A DNA stretch of 53,523 nucleotides. Source: SAR86 cluster bacterium AG-422-P06 (GTDB lineage: Bacteria > Pseudomonadota > Gammaproteobacteria > Magnimaribacterales > TMED112). Numbering within the stretch: position 1 is the first letter of the stretch; every line of letters begins with the position of its first letter. The stretch is taken from contig QCMX01000003.1 of the NCBI GenBank assembly GCA_003213455.1, positions 1 through 53,523 on the forward strand, read 5' to 3'. The position numbers were made by a program, and so were the translations under genes. Below, in pieces: positions 31,481 through 41,126 of this stretch. Below the pieces are notes generated by a model. It was not told where the DNA came from. It searched no databases and worked only from the letters and a program-made list of their open reading frames with translations.

Positions 31481-31797
31481 AAAAAATCCGATAATTGAGT
31501 AAATTTATTCAATATTAATATAAAAAATTAAAAAAATTGTTCGATTTATGCAAAAAATTCAAAATAGGGCCCAGAAAGCTTTTCTAGAAGAAATTATTGA
31601 AAATGTGAGATAGTAGTCAACTAATTATTAGAGACATATCTTAAACGTGAAATTTAAGAGTAATTTTTTTCTTCAAAATAATATTTTTTTAGCAATTTCA
31701 TAAATTTTAAAAACTAAGCAATTTTTTTTAGATATTTTTTTCGATCAATTACAAACTACAAAAATATATAAATTTTCTCAGGGTAGGTTAGTACTTT

Positions 31798-31818
31798 TTT
31801 TCCACACTTTTATCCACA
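31798..31818 (+). promoter_or_regulatory. Two tandem DnaA boxes adjacent to dif
   Basis: TTTTCCACA (31798-31806), ctt, TTATCCACA (31810-31818); both fit TTWTNCACA. Confidence 0.7.
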
Positions 31819-31826
31819 TGCAAATA

Positions 31827-31854
31827 ACTTCGCATAATATATATTATGTTAAAT
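31827..31854 (+). other. dif site (XerC/XerD chromosome dimer resolution)
   Basis: ACTTCGCATAA-TATATA-TTATGTTAAAT: XerD arm identical to the E. coli arm, XerC arm sharing CGCATAA, 6-bp spacer; lies in the largest intergenic gap. Confidence 0.95.
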
Positions 31855-31944
31855 ATATATAAGGATAAAATGTATTAAGTACATGCTTTAAATAGCTTAT
31901 TCTATATGGTTATTAGGAGATTATTAAATAATAGATAAAAATTT

Positions 31945-31971
31945 ATTTAACATAATAATCTTATGATTATG
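31945..31971 (-). repeat. Inverted degenerate dif-like site (perfect XerD arm, 5-bp spacer, partial XerC arm)
   Basis: ATTTAACATAA (31945-31955), TAATC, TTATGattatg. Confidence 0.65.
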
Positions 31972-32440
31972 AATACCAAGGATGTTTGCCGTATTTATTC
32001 TTAGTTACCCTAGTGTTTGTATGTATATATTCAGAAAAACCTCTTACAACGTTATCTATATAACTTTGTAATCTATGCTTTATGTAAAGATGCCACAATA
32101 ACCATTTAATTATTTTATTTTTATATGGTAATTCTGGTTCTATAGTAATTTTCAGTGAAGATGCCTTTGAATTTCCTTCTACAAGCCATTTTACTCTAGC
32201 TACCTTACTCTTTACCCCTATATCTAGAACATATCCGCTCTCATCCCATTTAATGAATTCTCTACGGTATTTAAGCTTATTTAAATATTTAACATAATCT
32301 ATGGAGCCTTTTCCTGGCCATTTCTCTATTTTATTTTCTATACAAAATGGATGATAATTCTCTAAATTTCCAGGCACCCGTATAGCCTCTAATATTTTAG
32401 ATTTTTCCTTTTTGAATGTTTTTTTAGCTTCTACATACAT
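31967..32440 (-). CDS. Hypothetical protein, probably SRPBCC/START-like fold
   Basis: 157-aa Lys-rich ORF with PGNLENYHPFC..WPG and REFIKW. Fold assignment is inference. Confidence 0.6.
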   Translation of the reverse strand: MYVEAKKTFKKEKSKILEAIRVPGNLENYHPFCIENKIEKWPGKGSIDYVKYLNKLKYRREFIKWDESGYVLDIGVKSKVARVKWLVEGNSKASSLKITIEPELPYKNKIIKWLLWHLYIKHRLQSYIDNVVRGFSEYIHTNTRVTKNKYGKHPWYS

Positions 32441-32931
32441 TTTTCATAGTATCTAACACCATATTCTGGATTTGAATATGCTTCAGAAACCTTTCTAAAG
32501 CCCATTTTTTCATGAAATTTAATTGATTCCTTATTTATTGGAACGATATTAACTTCCGCACAAATTGGTAAGCCTTTTTTTAAGCAAATATTATCTATTT
32601 TACTATATATGAAAGTTCCTAAACCCTTATTTTTAAAGCCTTTAACCACGCCTATACGGTCAATGTAGAAGAATCTTTTAAACCTTTTTTTGAAGAATTT
32701 ATAATTCATTGATTGGTATTGTGAATCTTCTCTAAAACATACCAAAAACGCGCAAATCTGGTTTTTGCTAGTAAGAAATATGCTGAAGTTTGATTTATCA
32801 ACTAAATCTCTTAGGTTATCTACAGTTCTAAGAGGCCCTAAAAATGGGTTATAACCTTCATTTATTTCAAATATTTCTTTTAAAGTTTCCTCATTAGCAG
32901 CTTTTAGATCGTGTATTTGAATATCATTCAT
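32431..32931 (-). CDS. GNAT-family acetyltransferase
   Basis: SMNYKFF, FFYIDRIGV..KNKGLG, CAEVN and SIKFHEKMGF motifs. Confidence 0.88.
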   Translation of the reverse strand: MNDIQIHDLKAANEETLKEIFEINEGYNPFLGPLRTVDNLRDLVDKSNFSIFLTSKNQICAFLVCFREDSQYQSMNYKFFKKRFKRFFYIDRIGVVKGFKNKGLGTFIYSKIDNICLKKGLPICAEVNIVPINKESIKFHEKMGFRKVSEAYSNPEYGVRYYEKCM

Positions 32932-32981
32932 TTTGGTAATTTAAGTGACATTTAAAGCTAACCTAGTAAAATAGGCAACCA

Positions 32982-33200
32982 ATGGCAGGAAAAGATACTA
33001 TTGAAATGCAAGGGACCGTTATGGAGGTCCTGCCTAACACTGTTTTTAGGGTGAAGCTTGAAAATGACCATGTCATTACAGCCCACATATCAGGCAGAAT
33101 GAGAAAAAACTACATTCGTATTCTTAATGGAGATAAGGTCACTGTTGAAATGTCGCCTTATGATCTTTCTAAGGGACGTATAACCTTTAGATCTAAGTAA
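32982..33200 (+). CDS. infA: Translation initiation factor IF-1
   Basis: [25 protein letters not shown]; 72 aa. Confidence 0.98.
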   Translation: MAGKDTIEMQGTVMEVLPNTVFRVKLENDHVITAHISGRMRKNYIRILNGDKVTVEMSPYDLSKGRITFRSK

Positions 33201-35415
33201 TTCTCTCTTTTCTATTAACTATTTTTAGGTCAATTTTTCCACTTTTTACAGTTAGTTGCACTGAACTTCCTCTTTTTATCGAGTCCTCAATTAACATGGT
33301 AGATATAGGCTTCTTGATTAATTTATCTACAGCTCTAGATAATGGTCTAGCACCTAATTTAGGGTCATAACCTTCATCTAAAACTAATTTTATTACATCG
33401 TCATTAAACTCAATATCTATGCCTTTCTCATTAAGTTTGGCCTCAACCTCAATGATGAGTTTTTTGACAACTGATTCTAAGTTATTGTTTGTGAGGCTAT
33501 TGAAATTAACAATACCATCGAGTCTATTTCTAAACTCAGGAGTGAATGCTTTTGATACTGCTTTCTCAAATTTATCGTCTGTGCCCTGCTCTATGAAACC
33601 TACAGACTCTCCCTCAGCCTCTACTGCTCCTGTATTTGAGGTCATTACGATAATTGTATTTTTGAAGTTAATATTTCTGCCATTGCTATCTGCTAAATTG
33701 CCGTAATCTAAGATCTGCAGGAGTATATTGAAAATATCAGGGTGTGCCTTTTCAATTTCATCTAAAAGCAATACAGAATGAGGCTTCTTATTGATTTCCT
33801 CTGTAAGATATCCCCCCTGCTCATAACCAACATATCCTGGAGGAGATCCTATGAGTTTTGAGATACTATGTTTCTCCATAAATTCAGACATATCAAGCCT
33901 GACAAATTCAATCCCCAAGAAGAATGCTAATTGTTTTGTAAGCTCTGTTTTGCCAACTCCAGTAGGACCGGTAAAAAGAAATGAGCAAATAGGTTTTTCA
34001 TCATTGCCAATGCCTGCTTTCGAGGTTTTAACTGCTGAAACAACGTCATCTACTGCATGATCTTGGCCAAATATTACAGATTTCAAGTTGCCCTCTAAAT
34101 TATTAAGATTTTCCTTACTAGATGCGTTAAGTTGCATTGTAGGAATTTTTGTAATTTTAGAAATTAAGCTTTCTATATCTGACTTTCTGATAATCTTCCC
34201 TTTTGATTTTGATAATTTCTTTTGTGATCCAGCTTCATCAATTAAATCAATAGCTTTATCTGGCAATTTAGAGTCTTGTAAGTACTTATTTGAGAGCTCA
34301 ACAGCTGATTTAAGGGCTTCTTTTGAATAAGTTATGCCATGATAGTGCTCAAACTTATTTTTTAAGCCTTCGAGGATCTGAACTGCTTCTTCAGTTGAAG
34401 GTTCATCGATTTGTACTTTTTGAAATCTACGAGATAACGAATTGTTGCGCTCAAAAATTTGACGATACTCTTTGTACGTCGTTGCACCAATACATTTAAT
34501 GTCCCCTCTAGCTAGCGCTGGCTTTAATAGATTAGAAGCATCGAGAGCTCCACCTGAAGCTGACCCTGCACCTATTATTGTGTGAATTTCATCAACAAAT
34601 AATATTATTTTCTGCGACTTCTTTAGAAAATCCATCATAGATTTCATTTTCTTTTCAAAGTCACCTCGATATTTTGTTCCTGCGACAAGACTTCCTACAT
34701 CTAGAGACATTACTTGATAATCAGTGAATATTTCTGGAGCTTTTCCATCTGCTATTGATTTAGCCAGACCTTCAGCAATAGCTGTTTTACCTACACCAGA
34801 TTCTCCAACTAATATTGGGTTATTTTTTCTTCTTCTACCTAAAACTTGAAAAAGCCTACTAAGAGTATCGGTTCTACCAATAAGCGGATCTATATCACCG
34901 TCTTTTGCGAGATTATTTAGGTTTGTTAAAAATTCAGGATGTGTTTCGCTTTCTTTAGGAGATTCCTCGACATTTTCCTCTGTTTCTACAGCAGTATTCT
35001 TACCATGTGAAATGTATTCGACGACATCTAATCTAGAGATATTTCTTCTGCTCAGCATATAAACTGCATAACTTTCTTTCTCCGAAAAAAGCGCAGCTAG
35101 TAAATTTTCACCATTAACTTCTGTTTTTCCGCTGGATTGAACATGAAAAATTGCTCTTTGCAATACTCTCTGGAAAGCCAAGGTTGGCTGAATTTCCTTA
35201 TTTTCTGTAGCTTTAGGAACATTCTTTTTTATATATTCTTTGATTTCTTTTTGAAGGCTTTCAATATCTATAGACAGGTGATCAAGCACCTTTCTGGATG
35301 AATCTTCCTGAGTTAAAACAAGTAAAAGATGTTCAATTGTTACGAACTCATCATTATTATCAGAGCACTCTTTGAACAATAAATTAAGAGTATTTTCTAA
35401 ATCTTTTGAAAGCAT
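33193..35415 (-). CDS. clpA: ATP-dependent Clp protease ATPase subunit ClpA
   Basis: Two AAA+ modules ([16 protein letters not shown]), [13 protein letters not shown] and VGF loop; follows clpS. Confidence 0.97.
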   Translation of the reverse strand: MLSKDLENTLNLLFKECSDNNDEFVTIEHLLLVLTQEDSSRKVLDHLSIDIESLQKEIKEYIKKNVPKATENKEIQPTLAFQRVLQRAIFHVQSSGKTEVNGENLLAALFSEKESYAVYMLSRRNISRLDVVEYISHGKNTAVETEENVEESPKESETHPEFLTNLNNLAKDGDIDPLIGRTDTLSRLFQVLGRRRKNNPILVGESGVGKTAIAEGLAKSIADGKAPEIFTDYQVMSLDVGSLVAGTKYRGDFEKKMKSMMDFLKKSQKIILFVDEIHTIIGAGSASGGALDASNLLKPALARGDIKCIGATTYKEYRQIFERNNSLSRRFQKVQIDEPSTEEAVQILEGLKNKFEHYHGITYSKEALKSAVELSNKYLQDSKLPDKAIDLIDEAGSQKKLSKSKGKIIRKSDIESLISKITKIPTMQLNASSKENLNNLEGNLKSVIFGQDHAVDDVVSAVKTSKAGIGNDEKPICSFLFTGPTGVGKTELTKQLAFFLGIEFVRLDMSEFMEKHSISKLIGSPPGYVGYEQGGYLTEEINKKPHSVLLLDEIEKAHPDIFNILLQILDYGNLADSNGRNINFKNTIIVMTSNTGAVEAEGESVGFIEQGTDDKFEKAVSKAFTPEFRNRLDGIVNFNSLTNNNLESVVKKLIIEVEAKLNEKGIDIEFNDDVIKLVLDEGYDPKLGARPLSRAVDKLIKKPISTMLIEDSIKRGSSVQLTVKSGKIDLKIVNRKERIT

Positions 35416-35428
35416 ATATCTAATATAT

Positions 35429-35752
35429 CTAATCTTTTCCTAATTCTTCAATATCTGTTTTCAAAGGATGTTCATTTTCTTTAGCAAATTGATTAATTTG
35501 TTGCGATTTTGTTTCTGCTATTTCTTGTGAGAATGCACCACAGAACCCTCTTCCTTTGGAATGAACTTCTAGCATAATTTCGGTTGATTTAGCATGATCA
35601 AAACCAAAAAACTTTTGTATAACATAAACAACAAACTCCATTGGGGTGAAGTCATCATTGAATATAATTACTGTAAAAAGTGGAGGTTTATCGACTTTTA
35701 GTTCTGCTTCTTCAAGCTCTACTGTGCCAGTAGAAAACTCATCTTGTGCCAT
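35429..35752 (-). CDS. clpS: Clp adaptor ClpS
   Basis: NDDFTPMEFVV, MLEVH..G and EIAETK motifs. Confidence 0.97.
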   Translation of the reverse strand: MAQDEFSTGTVELEEAELKVDKPPLFTVIIFNDDFTPMEFVVYVIQKFFGFDHAKSTEIMLEVHSKGRGFCGAFSQEIAETKSQQINQFAKENEHPLKTDIEELGKD

Positions 35753-35756
35753 TTAT

Positions 35757-37013
35757 CTAATCAAATTTTTTGATTAATAGTCTACCAAAATCTGAGCAGC
35801 TTACTTCTGTTGCATCATCAATTAGTCTTGCAAAGTCATAGGTAACTTTCTTTTTCTGGATTGTTTTTTCCATAGATTTAATAATTAAGTCTGCCGCTTC
35901 TACCCAACCCATATGTCTCAGCATCATTTCAGCGGAAAGAATTAAAGAGCCTGGGTTGACTTTGTCTTGGCCTGCATACTTGGGGGCTGTCCCATGTGTG
36001 GCCTCAAATACAGCTGTTGTATCTCCGAGGTTTGCACCTGGGGCTATACCTATACCACCAACTTGAGCTGCAAGTGCATCGGAAATGTAATCGCCATTTA
36101 GATTTGGCGAAGCAAGAACATCATACTCAGCTGGTCTGTGTAAAATTTGTTGTAAAAATGCATCACAAATAACGTCTTTCACAACTATATCCTTGCCATT
36201 GTTTGGGTTCTTAAAAACATGCCATGGGCCGCCATCCAATGCTTTTCCTCCAAATTCCTCTCTTGCTAACTCATAACCCCAATCTCTGAAAGCACCTTCT
36301 GTAAATTTTTGTATATTTCCCTTGTGAATTAATGAAACAGAATCTCTATTGTTTTGGATTGCATATTCGAAAGATTTTCGTATTAATCTTTTACTTCCTT
36401 CTTCCGAAACAGGTTTAATTCCTATTCCGCAATTATTAGTAAATCTAATCTTTTCAACACCAAACTCTTTTCCCAGAATGTCTATTAGCTTATTTGCTTC
36501 GTCGGTATTAGCTTCAAATTCTACACCTGCATAAATATCTTCCGAGTTTTCTCTAAAGATAACCATGTCTACAAGATCCGGCCTTTTAACAGGACTTGGC
36601 GTACCTGCAAAATACTTAACAGGCCTTAAGCAAACATATAAATCGAGTTTTTGTCTTATAGCTACGTTTAATGATCTAATTCCACCGCCGACTGGGGTAG
36701 TCAAAGGTCCTTTAATTGAAACATTGTATTCTTTGCAGGCATCAAGTGTTTCTTGTGGCATCCACTCATCACCACCGTATACATCTACTGCTTTTTCTCC
36801 ACAATAAATTTCCATCCAGCTAATTTCTCTCTTGCCACCATAGGCTGATGCTACAGCTGCATTCACAACATCTATCATGACAGGTGTTATATCTACTCCG
36901 ATACCATCACCTTCTATGAAGGGTATGATCGGGTTATCAGGTACAATTAACTGATTATCTTTGTAAGTTATCTTTTCGCCTTTGGCTGGAATTTTGATTT
37001 TTGATGAAGTCAT
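35757..37013 (-). CDS. icd: NADP-dependent isocitrate dehydrogenase (dimeric, E. coli type)
   Basis: [31 protein letters not shown] and [12 protein letters not shown] motifs. Confidence 0.97.
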   Translation of the reverse strand: MTSSKIKIPAKGEKITYKDNQLIVPDNPIIPFIEGDGIGVDITPVMIDVVNAAVASAYGGKREISWMEIYCGEKAVDVYGGDEWMPQETLDACKEYNVSIKGPLTTPVGGGIRSLNVAIRQKLDLYVCLRPVKYFAGTPSPVKRPDLVDMVIFRENSEDIYAGVEFEANTDEANKLIDILGKEFGVEKIRFTNNCGIGIKPVSEEGSKRLIRKSFEYAIQNNRDSVSLIHKGNIQKFTEGAFRDWGYELAREEFGGKALDGGPWHVFKNPNNGKDIVVKDVICDAFLQQILHRPAEYDVLASPNLNGDYISDALAAQVGGIGIAPGANLGDTTAVFEATHGTAPKYAGQDKVNPGSLILSAEMMLRHMGWVEAADLIIKSMEKTIQKKKVTYDFARLIDDATEVSCSDFGRLLIKKFD

Positions 37014-37079
37014 AGCTAAAAATTTGGCTTGATTATACTTACATTTACACTAAATATTAAGACTCAATAGACAATAAGT

Positions 37080-38219
37080 ATGGAAAAACAAAAAAAAGTG
37101 ATTGTTGGCATATCAGGCGGTGTTGATTCAGCAGTAACAGCATTGCTTCTAAAATCAGCAGGATATGATGTTCAAGGCATATTTATGAAGAATTGGACTA
37201 ATAATGCTCCAAACATTGAATGTACCTCTGAAGAGGATTTTATAGATGCTGAAAAGGTATGCGATCAAATTGGAATTCCTTTGCATCTAGCAAACTTTTC
37301 ATCTGATTACTGGGATAGAGTTTTTAAAAAATTTCTTTCTGATCATCATGAAGGCTTAACCCCTAATCCTGATATTCTCTGCAACAAGGAAATTAAATTT
37401 GGTGCTTTTCTCGATTATTGCTTAGAAACTGGTGCTGACTATATTTCAACTGGACATTATGCAAGACTTGATACTAACCAAAATAGTGTCAAATTGCTTA
37501 GAGGAATCGACAATTCAAAAGACCAGTCCTATTTTTTACACCAAGTTAAAGGTTCAGACCTAACAAGAGCTATCTTCCCTCTTGGAGAGTTAACAAAAGA
37601 TCAAGTTAGAAAGATTGCGCATGATAACAAGTTAATTAACGCTGATAAGAAAGATTCTGTAGGAATCTGCTTTATTGGGAAAAATAATTACAACGACTTT
37701 ATATCGAACTTTTTGGGTAAAAAGCCTGGCAGAATTGTTGATGAAAATGGGATCAAATTAGGCGAGCACCAAGGCCTAATGTATTTTACACTTGGTCAAA
37801 GGCAGGGAATTGGTATTGGGGGAGTGAAAGGCAGAGACCAAAGCTCTTGGTATGTTGCACATAAAGATCAGTCAAATAATGAACTCACAGTAGTTCAGGG
37901 TGGCGATAATCCCCTTCTCTATAGCGAGGGTTGCTATACAGAGGATATGCATTGGATAAATACAGAACTCGAGAATGGTTCTGAATGTGAGGTTCAAATT
38001 CGTTACCAATCAGAACCTATCAAGGCAAAAATTTACAAAACACCTATGGGTAATAAGATAAATTTTCATGAACCAGTATCAGCAGTTACTCCGGGCCAGT
38101 CCGCAGTGATATACCAAAATGAAGAGTGTTTGGGTGGAGCTGTAATTAGAGAAAGAATTTCACAGAAATACTACAGTTGGGCAGAAGATAGGGAGTATAA
38201 TTACGAAGTCTATGAATGA
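37080..38219 (+). CDS. mnmA: tRNA 2-thiouridylase
   Basis: SGGVDS, TPNPDILCN, KDQSYFL and TPGQ motifs. Confidence 0.97.
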   Translation: MEKQKKVIVGISGGVDSAVTALLLKSAGYDVQGIFMKNWTNNAPNIECTSEEDFIDAEKVCDQIGIPLHLANFSSDYWDRVFKKFLSDHHEGLTPNPDILCNKEIKFGAFLDYCLETGADYISTGHYARLDTNQNSVKLLRGIDNSKDQSYFLHQVKGSDLTRAIFPLGELTKDQVRKIAHDNKLINADKKDSVGICFIGKNNYNDFISNFLGKKPGRIVDENGIKLGEHQGLMYFTLGQRQGIGIGGVKGRDQSSWYVAHKDQSNNELTVVQGGDNPLLYSEGCYTEDMHWINTELENGSECEVQIRYQSEPIKAKIYKTPMGNKINFHEPVSAVTPGQSAVIYQNEECLGGAVIRERISQKYYSWAEDREYNYEVYE

Positions 38220-39555
38220 CACTCTTAATAATCTATCCCCACTAGATGGTAGGTATCGGGAAAAAACCCAAAATTCACGCGCAAATTTCTCTGAAAACGC
38301 ACTTATAAAAGCAAGATTAATAGCAGAAATAAAATGGTTAAGCTATTTTTTAACCACCTTTAAACCTGAATTAATAGATACTGAAACTAATTCAAAAATT
38401 GATCAGTTGTCGAAAACAATTCCAGAACCACTAGTTGCAAGAGTTAAAGAGATTGAGAAGACTACAAATCATGATGTAAAAGCAGTTGAGTTAGCACTTG
38501 CAGAGGAATTTAAGCATTCAGAAAAAGTACAAAGCCTCATACATATATTCTTAACTTCAGAGGATATAAACAGTCTTAGCTATGCTCTGATGTTAAAAAA
38601 TGCACATGTAAGCTTATTAAGCTCGACAGAACAGGTGATAGAGGAATTAGAACTTCTTGCTCAAAAAAATAAAGATACAGCTATGATGTCGAGAACACAT
38701 GGTCAACCAGCCTCCCCTACTACACTTGGAAAAGAGATTAATGTGTTTGTAACCAGAATTAAGAAAGAATATGCCAGTCTTTTGAAGTCAAAATTTTGCG
38801 CTAAATGGGGTGGAGCAACAGCTAACTATAACCCTCATTTTTTAGCCTTTCCTGATGAGGATTGGGTATCGCATTCTAAAGATTTTTTAAAACAGCTTGA
38901 TATTGATTTAACGGTTGTTGCAACTCAAATTGAGCCACATGATTATATGGCTGAACTTTTTCAAAATATTCAAAGAATTAATACTATTATTCTAGATTTG
39001 AATAGAGACATTTGGACCTATATTTCTTTAGATTATTTCTCATTAAAAATGAGTAAAAATGAAGTGGGATCATCGACCATGCCCCACAAAGTTAATCCAA
39101 TAGACTTTGAGAATGCAGAAGGCAATATTGGTTTATCAAATGCTATTTTCTCGCATTTATCTGAAAAGCTTCCGGTTTCAAGACTTCAAAGGGATTTATC
39201 TGACTCTACGGTATTAAGAAATATCGGCACAGCTTATGGATATATGGAAATTGCAATCAATTCAACATTAAAAGGGCTTAGTAAATTGGAAGCTAATAAA
39301 AAGGTTATATCTAATGATCTTGAGGAAAGATATGAGTTGCTTACAGAAGCATTGCAAAGCTTTCTAAGACTTGAAGGTAAAAAAGATGGTTACGATCAAG
39401 TAAAACTTCTTTCAAGAGGGCAAAAAATGGATAAGGAAATGTATTTAAAAGCAGTTGAAGAGCTAATAGAAAATAGCGAATACAAGAAAATATTAATGGA
39501 TTTAACTCCCAGCAAATATATAGGATTAGCAGCTAAGCTAGCTGAAATGAAATAA
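38212..39555 (+). CDS. purB: Adenylosuccinate lyase
   Basis: SPLDGRY, TNHDVKAVE, RTHGQPA and GSSTMPHKVNPIDFEN motifs. Confidence 0.96.
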   Translation: MNDTLNNLSPLDGRYREKTQNSRANFSENALIKARLIAEIKWLSYFLTTFKPELIDTETNSKIDQLSKTIPEPLVARVKEIEKTTNHDVKAVELALAEEFKHSEKVQSLIHIFLTSEDINSLSYALMLKNAHVSLLSSTEQVIEELELLAQKNKDTAMMSRTHGQPASPTTLGKEINVFVTRIKKEYASLLKSKFCAKWGGATANYNPHFLAFPDEDWVSHSKDFLKQLDIDLTVVATQIEPHDYMAELFQNIQRINTIILDLNRDIWTYISLDYFSLKMSKNEVGSSTMPHKVNPIDFENAEGNIGLSNAIFSHLSEKLPVSRLQRDLSDSTVLRNIGTAYGYMEIAINSTLKGLSKLEANKKVISNDLEERYELLTEALQSFLRLEGKKDGYDQVKLLSRGQKMDKEMYLKAVEELIENSEYKKILMDLTPSKYIGLAAKLAEMK

Positions 39556-41126
39556 TGAAATTCAATTTTAATATACCTGAAAATACACAGATTATTTTTA
39601 CCGATGAAGCAAATAAATTTGTACAAGATCTGCACAGTAAGTTTGGAACTCAAATTCAAGATTTATTAGCCAAACGTGAAGAAAAACAGTCTGAATTTAA
39701 CGAAGGCAACCTACCAAATTTCTTAGATGAAACCAAAGATATTAGATCTTCTGATTGGCAAGTAAGAGAAATCCCAAAAGATTTAAGAGATCGACGCGTT
39801 GAAATTACAGGACCAGTGGATAGAAAAATGGTTATAAATGCTCTTAATGCAGATGTGAAAGTTTTTATGGCTGACTTTGAAGACTCTCTGAGCCCAACAT
39901 GGGAAAACGTAGCTAACGGCCAATTAAACCTCCATGACGCTGTACGCAAGACCATTACCTTCGAAAACCCTGCAAACGGTAAAAAATACCAGCTTAACGA
40001 TGAAACAGCAGTTCTAATGTGTAGAGTTAGAGGTCTACATTTACTAGAAAAAGGCATTGAGATTAATGGTATTAACCCACCAGGATGTCTCTGCGACTTT
40101 GGTTACTACCTATTTCATAATGCAAAAGAATTAATTAATAGAGGTTCAGGGCCTTATTTCTACATTCCTAAATTGCAAAGTCATTTGGAAGCAAGATACT
40201 GGAATGAAGTAATTAATTACGCTGAAGATCAACTAAACCTTCCTAGAGGGACTGTTAGAGTCACTTGCCTCATTGAGACTTTGCCAGCAGTGTTTGAGAT
40301 GGACGAAATTCTGTTTGAACTTAAGGATCATATTGTTGGATTAAATTGTGGTAGATGGGATTATATTTTTAGCTACATTAAGACCTTCCAAAATGACCGC
40401 TCAAGACTTCTTCCTGATAGATATCAGGTAGGCATGGATAAACCATTCCTGAATGCATATTCAAGGCTTCTAATCAAAACATGTCATAAAAGAGGAGCAT
40501 TTGCTATGGGTGGGATGGCAGCCCTAATACCATCAAAAGATTCTGATGAAAATGCAGTAGTTATTGAGAAAGTTCTAAGCGATAAAACCCTTGAAACACA
40601 CAATGGTCATGATGGTACGTGGATCGCTCATCCTGGGCTTGCTGATATTGCCAATAATGTATTTTCTAATGCTTTTGAATTTGACAGAACTAATCAGTTG
40701 CATGTCCTTCGTGAGAATGATGTTATAAATCAAGATGATTTAATTGAGCCTTGTTCCGGTAGTTTTACTGAAGAATGCTTTAGAACGAATATTCGGGTAT
40801 CACTTAGATATATTGAAGCTTGGTTGCGAGGTGTTGGGTGTGTTCCAATTTATGGCTTAATGGAAGATGCCGCTACAGCTGAAATTTCAAGAAGTTCTCT
40901 TTGGCAATGGATCAAGCACAGTGTAGAGCTGGATACTGGTTTAGTGTCTTCAAAAGAGACGTTTGAAAAACTATTAGAGGAAGAATACAATGTTGTCTTA
41001 GAAGAGGTTGGGCAAGACTCTTTAAATTCAGGTAAGTTTGTTGAAGCTAAAGCTTTATTGAAAGATTTAGTATTGAGCGATGAATTAACTGATTTCCTCA
41101 CACTGCCCGCATATAGGAGTATATAA
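39555..41126 (+). CDS. aceB: Malate synthase A
   Basis: DRRVEITGP, GLNCGRWDYIFS and LMEDAATAEISR motifs; 523 aa. Confidence 0.96.
   Translation: MKFNFNIPENTQIIFTDEANKFVQDLHSKFGTQIQDLLAKREEKQSEFNEGNLPNFLDETKDIRSSDWQVREIPKDLRDRRVEITGPVDRKMVINALNADVKVFMADFEDSLSPTWENVANGQLNLHDAVRKTITFENPANGKKYQLNDETAVLMCRVRGLHLLEKGIEINGINPPGCLCDFGYYLFHNAKELINRGSGPYFYIPKLQSHLEARYWNEVINYAEDQLNLPRGTVRVTCLIETLPAVFEMDEILFELKDHIVGLNCGRWDYIFSYIKTFQNDRSRLLPDRYQVGMDKPFLNAYSRLLIKTCHKRGAFAMGGMAALIPSKDSDENAVVIEKVLSDKTLETHNGHDGTWIAHPGLADIANNVFSNAFEFDRTNQLHVLRENDVINQDDLIEPCSGSFTEECFRTNIRVSLRYIEAWLRGVGCVPIYGLMEDAATAEISRSSLWQWIKHSVELDTGLVSSKETFEKLLEEEYNVVLEEVGQDSLNSGKFVEAKALLKDLVLSDELTDFLTLPAYRSI

Noticed and set aside
31548-31613. 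21-codon ORF MQKIQNRAQKAFLEEIIENVR
   Set aside because: Too short, no SD and no recognisable motif.
31481-31826. oriC in the AT-rich gap with two DnaA boxes
   Set aside because: It directly adjoins dif, and KOPS and gene orientation converge here rather than diverge.
31481-32981. Intact prophage or integrative element at dif
   Set aside because: No replication, coat, Zot-like, integrase or transposase genes, and no complete distal att site seen.
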